The notes below the pieces were generated by a model, which worked only from the letters and a program-made list of their open reading frames with translations, did no database searches and was not told the origin of the DNA. From NCBI GenBank assembly GCA_963719035.1, contig CAVRAO010000008.1:96001-160000 (forward strand): 64,000 bases of DNA, read 5' to 3'. The translations under genes were made by a program, and so were the position numbers. The DNA is from Methanobacteriota archaeon. Its GTDB lineage: Archaea > Halobacteriota > Bog-38 > Methanoflorentales > Methanoflorentaceae. This document shows, piece after piece, positions 33,034-46,929 of this stretch (position 1 is its first letter; every line of letters begins with the position of its first letter).

Positions 33034-33824
33034 CGCTGACACCAAAAGACGACGTCGACTACCTTGTACTTGAAACGCCAGTTATAGCACCTGATGCAGT
33101 TTGCGGCAAAACCCTTGAAGAAATTGCTCAGTTGCCAGTTCTCGAAGGAAACACCACGTGGCCGCTCGGGCGGTTTTTCACCGTCACCGGAAAAGTAGCA
33201 GACTCGGCAGAGGACCAAGGGATTATTGTAGCAGGCGACGTTCCTCGTGTCAAGTACATCGGCGCATTCATGACAGCCGGAGCTGTGCTTTGCAAAGGCG
33301 ACGTTGATATGTACTGTGGCGCCTGGATGAAGGGCGGAAGAATTCGGGTAAAAGGAGATGCTGATGCCTTTTGCGCCATCCAGATGGAGGGCGGCGATAT
33401 CCTCTTTGAAGGGAACGTATTTGACTACTGTGGCGCCTCCTACCGCGGTGACTGGCGCGGCATGAAAGGTGGTAAGATCGTTATTAACGGGAATGCAGGC
33501 CAAAGCGTCGGAGAGTACATGATGGGCGGCACGATCACCGTCAAAGGCGACGTCGGCATCAATGCTGGAATTCACATGGGCAAGGGCATTGGACGGAAAG
33601 ACCCCCCTCCAACCATCATCATTCACGGTAATTCGCCGGGACGCGTTGGCGCGATGATGAACCGTGGATACATCTACGTGTTCGGAAAAATCGGAGCCAT
33701 GATGCCTGGTTTCTCACCTAATGGGACCGAAGAGCTTGAAATCGACGGAGTAAAAGCAACTTTTCAAGTCCTAAACGGCGACCACGGTGAAAACGGAGAA
33801 GGCAAGCTGTTTGTAAAAATGTAG
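33021..33824 (+). CDS. fwdC: Formylmethanofuran dehydrogenase subunit C
   Basis: GGAGG before ATG 33021; G..M.GG.I.V.G repeats; YRGDWRGM. Confidence 0.85.
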   Translation: MDRLTLTPKDDVDYLVLETPVIAPDAVCGKTLEEIAQLPVLEGNTTWPLGRFFTVTGKVADSAEDQGIIVAGDVPRVKYIGAFMTAGAVLCKGDVDMYCGAWMKGGRIRVKGDADAFCAIQMEGGDILFEGNVFDYCGASYRGDWRGMKGGKIVINGNAGQSVGEYMMGGTITVKGDVGINAGIHMGKGIGRKDPPPTIIIHGNSPGRVGAMMNRGYIYVFGKIGAMMPGFSPNGTEELEIDGVKATFQVLNGDHGENGEGKLFVKM

Positions 33825-33951
33825 TCAAGGAACGCCCGCACAAACACCGCGGGCGGCCTGCATTACGCCAACTCGGGACATCAATCATACGAATGGACAT
33901 ACGAACTGCCATGCACCTCAATTCAATAATGAAGGAAGGATAGAGCTTTCA

Positions 33952-34152
33952 GTGGCGGTCTCGTATGACGACTTGTTGGACAAGCTTGGAGAATTATCAG
34001 CCGACTTCGCTGACCTCGACTACTTGGTAAGACTTCTAAAGCGCGAACAATATGAAGTTGCCGGGCTAGATACCGTGCTGCACGAATTGAGCGGTTTCAT
34101 CAAAATAATAGGAGATAAACTTATTCTGCTAAAAACCGAACTTCCTGAATAG
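33952..34152 (+). CDS. Hypothetical protein (66 aa)
   Basis: Open frame with acidic/leucine helical composition only. Confidence 0.45.
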   Translation: MAVSYDDLLDKLGELSADFADLDYLVRLLKREQYEVAGLDTVLHELSGFIKIIGDKLILLKTELPE

Positions 34153-34240
34153 TAGCGGACGTCATCTGACCTCTTTTATGCTATGCACGCCGCTGCAAGA
34201 GCTGTAGGCCAAGCGTTTTTTTTGCTTAGGAAGCTGAGTA

Positions 34241-34457
34241 GAGTTACCGTTAACACGATTTCTCCAAGCACTACGATCGCAGGAGTTCGCCTCACGCTTG
34301 CTATCGGGCATACAGACCTACTATAAGACGGGGCATATTGTCAAGATTGACTAACCGATCCGTTTGCTCAACTGCGATTATTTCACTTTTTTGCAGCTGC
34401 TGCACAAGACATTTGGAGCGCCTTTAGTACAGTTATGGTAAACGATGAAACTGACCT
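34241..34457 (+). pseudogene. Duplicated 3' end of moeA2 plus its downstream region (copy of about 22920-23137)
   Basis: ELPLTRFLQALRSQEFASRL.SGIQTY.KTGHIV and about 100 bp of flank are closely similar. Confidence 0.85.
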
Positions 34458-34763
34458 GCTGCTACCGCATTGGTAAGATTGACGACATCAAAGCAGTTGA
34501 GCCGTTGAGATGGGCACACACGATAATTGTGATTGTGTTCGTATGGCGCTGCTGAGGCTCTGAAACGAATCTCGTCGCATTCTTAAGCGAGCCGCACTTA
34601 GCGATCATTTTTTTCATGTATTCTTTTTTCAAACAGCTTGGCACGGAAGCCAAACCTCATGGCGTCGATTTTTATATATATCCGACTGACTTAGTTGAAC
34701 GGCAAGCACTGTTTGACGTGCTTAAGGATTTAGTTGTTTAATATCGAACGAAAGGGTGATTAT

Positions 34764-34943
34764 GTGAAGTGCGGACAGTGTGACAAAAAAATCATCAGTG
34801 AATGCAACTGCTCATGGCCGGGGACTAAACACTTGTGGATATGCGAAACGTGCGGCGTAGTGCGTGAGCTTGAGCTATCTGATAAGCCCGAAACCATAGC
34901 AGACAAAAAGCTCCATGCTCAGCTTTTCGGCGACAACGTGTAA
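34764..34943 (+). CDS. Small Cys-rich zinc-finger protein
   Basis: GGTGAT RBS; CGQC...ECNC...CETC. Confidence 0.6.
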   Translation: MKCGQCDKKIISECNCSWPGTKHLWICETCGVVRELELSDKPETIADKKLHAQLFGDNV

Positions 34944-35142
34944 GCAGTAGCTTCTAAGCTGTGATCAGGCCTTGCGACTAAGAATTCGACATTCTTCTCT
35001 GGGGTGGCGCTAGAAACGAAATAAGTGTCATTCGTACCGTTGGTATCTTAGTCACTATTTGACCGGGCAGGAAAACCTGCGATGAACCCAGCCCGGTCGA
35101 GGTTTTTTTTTGCTTTTGCTAAGGGTTTCAGACTACTCCATC

Positions 35143-36163
35143 TCAGAACCCAAAATAGCATACGGGATACTGGCATTCTTTACAGTCCGCGCAGAAACCT
35201 CCCTCACCCAGAGGTGCGATGTCCTCTTTTTTGATCTCCAAACCTGCGAAAATTCGGGGCAGGAAAACATCGATGCTGGTAGTGGGGAAGTGCATGGAGG
35301 CTCCCGGTACACCCATCAGCATGGTACATGCCCAGATAAGCCATTGTCAGCATATTGCCCGGCTGCACGGGCACGCCCTGTGTCACCAGTCTTGCACTGC
35401 TGCTTCGGATGGCAGTGGGCGTCAGATCGTCGGGATCTACGGACATGCCGCCGGTGATTAGTATCAGCTCCGCACCTTGGTTTGCGTAATTTCTGATGGC
35501 GGCGGACAGCATATCCAAATCGTCGGGGCATTTTGTGACGCCCAGAATCTCCGCTCCATACCCCTCTAGCTTCGAACGCATGACGGGCTCGAAACTGTCC
35601 TTTATACGCCCGTAATAGACCTCGCTGCCGGTGATGATCACGGCGCTTTTCAGAGGCTTGAAAGGCTTAACAGAAAATACGGGGAAGTTTTCTTCCGCGA
35701 TTCTAACGGCCTTTTCAACATTTTCGCGTTTTGTGACCAGAGGTACTATCCTGGCGCCTGACAGCTTCTCACCCGCCCGGACACGGGTGAAGCCAGGGCG
35801 GCAGGCCACGGTATAGTGCTCCACGGAATTTATCTTTATCAGCGCCTCGCTGTTTACGAAGAATAGACCGTCTCGGTCTGCGGTTATGTGCATTTTGCCC
35901 TCGGAGGGGCCAGAATAACTAAGGCCCTCACCGCATATGGCTTCGGTTATCGCTCGGGCCGCGTCGTCTTCGTGAACCTCGTCCGCCTCCGCCTCCCAGA
36001 CAAAAACGTGAGACTTGCCGATGTCCAGCAGCGCGGGGATATCCTCTTCGGCAATCACATGGCCGCGCCTGAACTTCACCCCCGTGAAGCCGCTTTCCAA
36101 GATTGTGGTCATGTCATGGCACAGTATTTGGCCCACGGCTTCTTCAACAGGTATCCTTTTCAT
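35143..36163 (-). CDS. MoeA-like molybdopterin-binding protein, bacterial type with C-terminal Cys motif (frameshift near 35328)
   Basis: A.G..L.HD.T, TGSEVY.G.IKD.F, TGGMSVDPDD.TP, PG.M; the corrected frame ends GEGGFCADCKECQYPVCYFG. Confidence 0.8.
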
Positions 36164-36429
36164 ATCTAAAATTCTCCTTATCGCTCACGTTTACTGACCC
36201 TGTCTTTTTTAGTTGCCCCTTTAGCATTGAATCAAATGTTCATCACCTGATATCAATCGATCTCAAGAGAGAGAAAGACCTCTCAATCAAGAACGCGCAT
36301 TTATTATATTGATATATTTATATAAAATTTATTAAATAATTGTAAAAAGAGCTTATTTTTTACTTAAGACGAGTCAGCGCCGTTGGAAGCCTCAACGATC
36401 GTAGGTTGGTTTTTTAAAAAGTGGCATGG

Positions 36430-36461
36430 TTTTGTTACCATTTTGTTACCATTTTGTTACA
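36430..36461. repeat. 11-bp tandem repeat TTTTGTTACCA, about 3 copies
   Basis: Seen directly, just after the AT-rich tract at 36300-36365. Confidence 0.8.
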
Positions 36462-36640
36462 CTTTTTTTCCGTTCGCCAACACCTAGCATCTTATAGACA
36501 ATGTTCTCTAGAAATCTAGCAGCTGCGCGTGCATTCCCCCCTTATTAACGATCCTGATTGATCTCGGGCACAGCCACTTATTGTCAGATTGTCCTAAAAC
36601 CTATATAGGCGCTTGATGAATATGGTGGAGGAGACTTCTT

Positions 36641-37787
36641 ATGATAACCAAGCAGGACGTCATAGATGTGGTGAGCAAATATGATAAAAAGAATATCACA
36701 ATCGGCGTGCTCGGCTCGCATTCCGCACTAGATGTCTGTGACGGTGCCCGCGATGAAGGGATTCCCAACCTCGTCGTATGCCAAAAAGGCCGTGATAGAC
36801 TTTACACGAACTATTTTAAGAATCGGACCGTGAACGGACTGCAGAAAGGTTTCGTTGATGAGACTCTTGTACTTAACAAGTTTGATGAGATCCTCGCTGA
36901 CGGAGTGCAGCAACAACTCATTAAAAAAAATACGCTATTTATCCCCAATCGGTCTTTTGTAGTCTACAACGGCGTGCGGCGGGTCGAGAATGAGTTTAAG
37001 TTGCCACTCGTCGGCACGCGCGACATGTTGAAAATCGAAGACCGGGAGACGGAAGAAGAAAATTATTACTGGGTCAGTCAACAAGCGGGCATTCCAATCC
37101 CGAAACACTATGCGAGCAAAGACGATATAGACACGCTCGTCATGGTAAAGCTCCACCACAAGTACATGACGCTCGAGCGCGGGTTCTTCACGGCCGCGTC
37201 CCCCGAGGAGTTCGACGCAAAGGTCGAGCGCCTCCTTAAGCGCGAGATTATTACAACCGAAGCCCTCAAAGACGCCCGCATTGAACAGTATATCATAGGG
37301 CCGGTGTTCAACTTTAACTTCTTTTATTCCCCCATCGACGACGAGATTGAGCTTTTGGGGATTGACTTCAGATTCGAAAGCAACCTCGACGGATTGGTGC
37401 GCATTCCCGCTGAGCAGCAGTTAGAGCTGCCCGCACAGGTACCGTGACCCACTTATGACGATCGTTGGCCACGCTAACGCGTCGCTCAGAGAGTCCTTGC
37501 TCGAAAGAGTGTACCGTATGGCTGAGCAATTTGTAGCGTTCTCGAAGCGACACTACAGTGCCCCTATCATCGGGCCATTCTGCTTGCAGACCATCGTTGA
37601 TCAAAACATGGACTTTTACGTGTATGACATCGCGACGCGGATCGGCGGAGGCACAAACGTCCATACGAACGTCGGTGCTTCGTATGGAAATTCCCTGTTT
37701 GGAACAAGGATGAGTTCAGGACGGCGTCTCGCGCTTGAGGTCAAGCGCGCAATCGCTCTTAACGAAGTAGAGAAGATCATAACATAG
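36641..37787 (+). CDS. purP: FAICAR synthetase PurP (frameshift near 37438)
   Basis: GSHSAL.V.DGA, IPNRSF, LERGFF, FESNLDG, IGPFCLQ, RIGGGTN, MSSGRR.A.E. Confidence 0.85.
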
Positions 37788-37788
37788 C

Positions 37789-39204
37789 ATGAAACGCACT
37801 AAATCAAAACAAAAGGCGGACTGGGACGTTATAATCATAGGAGCGGGGCCTGCTGGCATGTGCGCAGCAAACGAGCTCGCAAACCATGACATTGACGTGT
37901 TGATCGTCGATCGCGGGCACGACATAAAAGAGCGCCGATGCCCTATGGAAGATACAGGAAAATGCGCGGAGTGTAAACAGTGCGACATCATGTGCGGCGT
38001 TGGCGGCGCCGGTACGTTCTCTGACGGCACCCTTAATCTCCGGCCTGATATCGGGGGTGACCTTGCAGCAATCACGGACGATGACGCGTTTGCGTGGGAA
38101 CTGGTGAATTATGTTGACAGCCTGTTCCTCAAGTACGGCGCCCCCGAGAAACTCTTTAACGCCGAGGGCGTTCAAGTTGAAAGACTCAAGCGGAGTGCGG
38201 CTTCAGTAGGCGTGCATTTTATAGAGATCTCCCAACGCCACATGGGCTCTGATAACGCGCCCCGCATTATCGAGAACTTTGAAAATGATCTAAGGTCTCG
38301 CGGGATAACCTTTCGCCTAAATGCTCAGGTGCACGACCTGCTTATCGACGATAACACATGTAAGGGAGTACTGCTCGAACACGGCGAGAAGCTTTTCTCG
38401 CGATTTACGCTCCTTTGTCCGGGAAGGATTGGCGGGGAATGGGTAAATACCCTCGTTAAGCGCCACGGTATCGGTGCCAAGCACGGGGCGATAGATATCG
38501 GCGTTCGCGTCGAGGTCCCGGCGATAATAATGGACCCGATAACGAACATAAACCACGATCCGAAATTTCACATTCGCACAAAGCGGTACGACGATTTCAT
38601 AAGAACCTTTTGCACAAACGAGCACGGGTTTGTCGTCAAAGAGCGATACGAAGGGTTCATCGGCACAAATGGGCATTCCCTCAAGAGTCGACGTTCCGAG
38701 AACACGAATTTTGCTTTCTTGGTACGCACCGAACTTACCGAACCACTCGAGGATACGACAAGATACGGCAAATCGGTCTCGAAACTAGCGACGACTATAG
38801 GGGGCGGCAACCCGATTCTACAAAGAATGGGGGATTTACGTCGAGGACAGCGTTCGACGTGGAGCCGCATTCGGAGAAACCCGGTAAAAAACACCCTTGA
38901 GGATGTCACCCCAGGTGATATTTCCATGGCAATGCCGCACAGGATCGTCATGAACATTATCGAAGGACTCGAAAAGCTAAACGAAGTCATACCAGGCGTT
39001 GCTTCAGACTCAACCCTGCTCTACGCTCCCGAAGTGAAGTTTTACGCGATGGAGCTGACGGTGTCGAAAGAATTGGCGACGAGCATTAAGGGGCTCTACG
39101 CAGCAGGAGACGGGACGGGACTTTCTCGTGACATAATCAACGCATCGGCGACTGGAGTTATCGCCGGCAGAGGGATTCTCAAAGAGCTAGCGAGTCAGTC
39201 CTAG
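37789..39204 (+). CDS. FAD-dependent oxidoreductase (uncharacterised NAD(P)/FAD dehydrogenase family)
   Basis: IIGAGPAG, GGAGTFSDG, IGVRVE, RTFC.N..G.V, NGHS, LLYAPEVKFY, AGDG.G. Confidence 0.85.
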   Translation: MKRTKSKQKADWDVIIIGAGPAGMCAANELANHDIDVLIVDRGHDIKERRCPMEDTGKCAECKQCDIMCGVGGAGTFSDGTLNLRPDIGGDLAAITDDDAFAWELVNYVDSLFLKYGAPEKLFNAEGVQVERLKRSAASVGVHFIEISQRHMGSDNAPRIIENFENDLRSRGITFRLNAQVHDLLIDDNTCKGVLLEHGEKLFSRFTLLCPGRIGGEWVNTLVKRHGIGAKHGAIDIGVRVEVPAIIMDPITNINHDPKFHIRTKRYDDFIRTFCTNEHGFVVKERYEGFIGTNGHSLKSRRSENTNFAFLVRTELTEPLEDTTRYGKSVSKLATTIGGGNPILQRMGDLRRGQRSTWSRIRRNPVKNTLEDVTPGDISMAMPHRIVMNIIEGLEKLNEVIPGVASDSTLLYAPEVKFYAMELTVSKELATSIKGLYAAGDGTGLSRDIINASATGVIAGRGILKELASQS

Positions 39205-39324
39205 ACAGCGAAGCGTCGCTATTGCCGTTGCTTTTTTTGTCGACTACCCATCGACCGCTGCAAACGCGTGCTCTTTTATATTGGTGAACGCAATACTGTC
39301 CCATCTACTCCGGGGGGGGAGCGC

Positions 39325-40368
39325 GTGAACCGAGCACAAGAACTTATAGAAAACTATGATCTGAATGACCTAACGCTCGCAACTTTGTGCTCCCACACGA
39401 GCCTGCAGATTTTCCACGGCGCCCGCGCAGAGGGCTTTAAAACGCTCGGCCTCGCCGTCGGCCACATACCGAAATATTATGACGCATACCCCAAGGCCAA
39501 ACCCGACGACTTTTTAGTTGTTAGCAGCCATCTGGATGTGCTTAAGCACGCTAACGACTTGCGTGAACGGAACGTGATTCTAATCCCTCACGGATCCCTC
39601 GTTGAGTACCTCGGCGCTGACAATTTTTTAGATCTGAACGTGCCCACCTTTGGGAATCGTCGCGTGCTTCAATGGGAGTCAGACCGCGCTAAAAGCCGAC
39701 AATGGCTAGAGGGGGCAGGGGTTATCATGCCCAAAGAGATACACGATCCGCGAGAAATTCAATCCCCAGTCATCGTAAAGTATCATGGAGCTAAAGGCGG
39801 CCGAGGCTTCTTCATCGCAAAAGACTATGCTGACTTCATCAGAGGCATAGATCCGTCTGCACAATATACTATACAAGAGTTTGTTCTTGGCACGCGATTT
39901 TACTTTCACTACTTCTACTCGCCTATTGCAAAAACTGGCTACCGATTGCGCAAAGGATCCCTTGAGATGCTCGGCATTGACCGACGATTGGAGGCAAACG
40001 TCGATGAGATCTATCGAGCAGGAAGTGTTGCTGTCGAACCTACTTTTGTCGTTACAGGGAACATTCCTGTCGTGCTACGAGAGAAGCTCCTCGAAGAGGT
40101 ATTTGATATGGGGCGCCGCGTCGTCGAAAAATCGATTGATTTGTTTGACGGCATGATCGGGCCATTCTGTCTAGAAACGATCGTTACCGATGCGCTTGAA
40201 TTCAAAGTCTTTGAGGTGTCAGCCAGGCTTGTAGCCGGCACTAACCTCTATCCGACAGGGTCTCCTTACGCAGATTATGTATATGACACCATGTCGTGCG
40301 GCAGACGTATCGCGCTTGAAATACGAAATGCTTTGCAAGCAAATCAGCTCACAGACGTCCTGAGTTGA
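39325..40368 (+). CDS. purP: PurP-like ATP-grasp paralogue
   Basis: CSHTSLQI..GA..EGF, PHGS.VEY, GAKGGRG, GPFCLE, FEVSAR.VAGTN. Confidence 0.85.
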   Translation: MNRAQELIENYDLNDLTLATLCSHTSLQIFHGARAEGFKTLGLAVGHIPKYYDAYPKAKPDDFLVVSSHLDVLKHANDLRERNVILIPHGSLVEYLGADNFLDLNVPTFGNRRVLQWESDRAKSRQWLEGAGVIMPKEIHDPREIQSPVIVKYHGAKGGRGFFIAKDYADFIRGIDPSAQYTIQEFVLGTRFYFHYFYSPIAKTGYRLRKGSLEMLGIDRRLEANVDEIYRAGSVAVEPTFVVTGNIPVVLREKLLEEVFDMGRRVVEKSIDLFDGMIGPFCLETIVTDALEFKVFEVSARLVAGTNLYPTGSPYADYVYDTMSCGRRIALEIRNALQANQLTDVLS

Positions 40369-40480
40369 ATAATGCGCGAGGCTCTCGAGCCGCAAAGGTT
40401 GTGTTGGCTTGTTATTCCCTTAAGGGACCTATCCAAAGTGGTCTAATCGCAGTAACGTCAAACGCAAAAAATAAATGAGA

Positions 40481-40605
40481 GACGTAGCAGCGCTCCATGG
40501 TTCCCGAAGGCTCTCGCACTTCAGTACAACATGGAACGTTGACGGGCTTATCTTCCGTGTTCGGGATGGGTACGGGAGTTTCCCCGCCGCTATGGCCGCT
40601 ACGTC
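40481..40605 (-). rRNA. rrf: 5S rRNA
   Basis: Minus strand GCGGCCATAGCGGCGGGG..CCCGTACCCATCCCGAACACGGAAGATAAGCCC; terminal stem GACGTAGC. Confidence 0.95.
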
Positions 40606-40606
40606 A

Positions 40607-40678
40607 AGCCAAGGTCCGGATTTGAACCGGAGTGTAGTCGCTCTGCAGGCGACCGCGTAACCGCTCCGCCACCTTGGC
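40607..40678 (-). tRNA. tRNA-Cys(GCA)
   Basis: GCCAAGG acceptor stem, CTGCAGA loop, GGTTCAAATCC. Confidence 0.95.
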
Positions 40679-40786
40679 GATCGCGGGCAAACCACTGGCG
40701 CTCGTATAAAGTGCATGTTCCATAATTATACTCTCCTGAAGACAACGCTCCAAGAGGCCTGGTATACGCCTAGCTAATGTAAAGAT

Positions 40787-43690
<2,904 letters not shown>

Positions 43691-43832
43691 ACTTTACATT
43701 AACTAGTTAGCGTCCAGAATTATGGAACTTATGCACGGTACACTTTGTAAAAGTGGACCCTTCCACAGCGGCGCCAGCCACTGTGTGCATTAAACTGGAA
43801 TATCTTCTTTCGCGCCCACGCGGGTCGTTAGA

Positions 43833-43905
43833 TGGACTCGCTGGGATTTGAACCCAGGGCCTCTGCCTTGCAAAGGCAGCGCTCTTCCAGCTGAGCTACG
43901 AGCCC
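43833..43905 (-). tRNA. tRNA-Ala(TGC) in the 16S-23S spacer
   Basis: GGGCTCG..TTTGCAA..GGTTCAAATCCC..CGAGTCCA. Confidence 0.95.
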
Positions 43906-43949
43906 TAGGTGTGGAAGGTCCCTTGATTCGGCTTCCGCCTGTATTGCTT

Positions 43950-45420
<1,471 letters not shown>

Positions 45421-45902
45421 TATATATGCACACTACAAGGAATTGTGCGGATTCGCATTTGATTGCATGTCCGCTTCGACCGATTCCGTATATTTACGGC
45501 TTCAGCCGAATCAATTAAGACCTACGTCAGTTGCAAGGTTTCTGACAGATTGCGCCAGCTGACTTACAACTCCACTGTATATATTTCGCGACCGGAGATC
45601 GATCCCTCACGGTTGGAAGTATATTCCACATAAGGACCGTATGTTGGTCGCGATGGACCTCATCTCGAAAGATGAAGCCTTTGTTCTATAGAATTCGTAG
45701 GTATATAAGGTTTACCGGCGCTCAGAAACGCCATCTCGAAAAAAGTCCGTTACAGCCCCTTCGCGATAAATACTGATCTTTGCGCGCTTGCCTGATAGCG
45801 GTTCTTGTATTTACCCACGTGGCTGCACAGCGGCAGCGCTGCAAAGCCAACATGTGCTGATAATCTACGTCAAACACGGTCGAAAACCGTTTCAGGTATA
45901 GG

Positions 45903-46220
45903 CTACTTTTTCCACACGTGGCTTAGTGTGAATCTGCCGCGTGTCGCTCGATCTAGTTGCTCGGTGAATTCAAGGGCAGACTTATTGAACTCAGCTTGCA
46001 CGAGCGTTTCAGAAAACGAGGGATCGGCTTGGTGCACCATATGTGCGATAATGAACGGAAGGAGGCTCGGGGCGAGATACTTATGCTCGTACCGCAGCGC
46101 AGCTTCGTCTATTGCCCGTTGCAAAAGCTCACGAAGGCGCTCTAGTTCAGCGGCCCCGCAAAAATCAGGCTTTTCGCCATACACTTGATTTGATGTGATT
46201 TCTTGCAATATGCGCACCAT
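45903..46220 (-). CDS. Hypothetical protein (105 aa)
   Basis: ATG-started ORF divergent from the NUDIX gene; no motif. Confidence 0.5.
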   Translation of the reverse strand: MVRILQEITSNQVYGEKPDFCGAAELERLRELLQRAIDEAALRYEHKYLAPSLLPFIIAHMVHQADPSFSETLVQAEFNKSALEFTEQLDRATRGRFTLSHVWKK

Positions 46221-46455
46221 AAAAGCGTGGGTTCTCGAAACGGCTTAAATATTTCGATTTGATCGTGCCGTGTCACGAGCCAATGGGTTCTTAGCCACTT
46301 GCCGCTTGTCGCGTGATACACTGCGACGTAGTCACCGATTCATAATATTAAGCGCTTGGCTGAGCTTAACTGGCAAAAAATAGCACATTTAAAGTAGGAG
46401 CGCTTTATAAACACTAGTTTAGCCCGAAGGTTTTAGGTACGACGTCTAAGGAGGA

Positions 46456-46887
46456 CTGGTTCTAACGGCTGAAAAAGCGTGGGGATTAGCCGCGTACGCG
46501 TTGTTGCGGAACAGCGAGGACAAATACCTGCTTTTACGCAGATCTTCAGATTCCAAAACAAATCCAGGGAGATGGGAACCTCCAGGTGGCAAGATTGAGC
46601 CTGGAGAGCTGCTTGACGAGGCTCTTCGAAGAGAAGTATTTGAAGAGACGAACTTGCAGATCGTCGTTCGCCGATTGCTGGGCGCTGTCGAGTTCGAGCT
46701 TCCTACCATTAAAGTCGCGTGCCTCATTATGGAGGGGCGTATTATATTAGGGGATATCCATCTTAGCGTTGAGCACGACGCATATCGGTGGCTCAGGTTA
46801 GAAGAGGTGCGACACGTCGACCTTGCGACGCATTTTAGGCGCTATTTCTTCAGCGATCAATCGCAGCGAAATGTTATGGTTGAGTGA
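46456..46887 (+). CDS. NUDIX hydrolase (MutT-like; start uncertain, CTG 46456 after AGGAGG or TTG 46501)
   Basis: LLLRRS...[15 protein letters not shown]...[12 protein letters not shown] Nudix box; LS.EH..Y.W. Confidence 0.88.
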   Translation: MVLTAEKAWGLAAYALLRNSEDKYLLLRRSSDSKTNPGRWEPPGGKIEPGELLDEALRREVFEETNLQIVVRRLLGAVEFELPTIKVACLIMEGRIILGDIHLSVEHDAYRWLRLEEVRHVDLATHFRRYFFSDQSQRNVMVE

Positions 46888-46929
46888 GACTATACCCGTA
46901 AGTGCTTCATCAATCAGAGATGTGCGTAG

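Noticed and set aside
32589-33824. Apparent novel FwdD-FwdC fusion (411 aa)
   Set aside because: Removing one base in GT[C]AC (32975) gives FwdD a normal end (LMKKYYTK...stop 33033), and fwdC has its own GGAGG and ATG at 33021; probably a sequencing artefact
5994-37787. Mass pseudogenisation or programmed frameshifting of Mo genes
   Set aside because: Single-base indels also hit purP, leave the flanking protein motifs intact, lack slippery sites and cluster at GTAC
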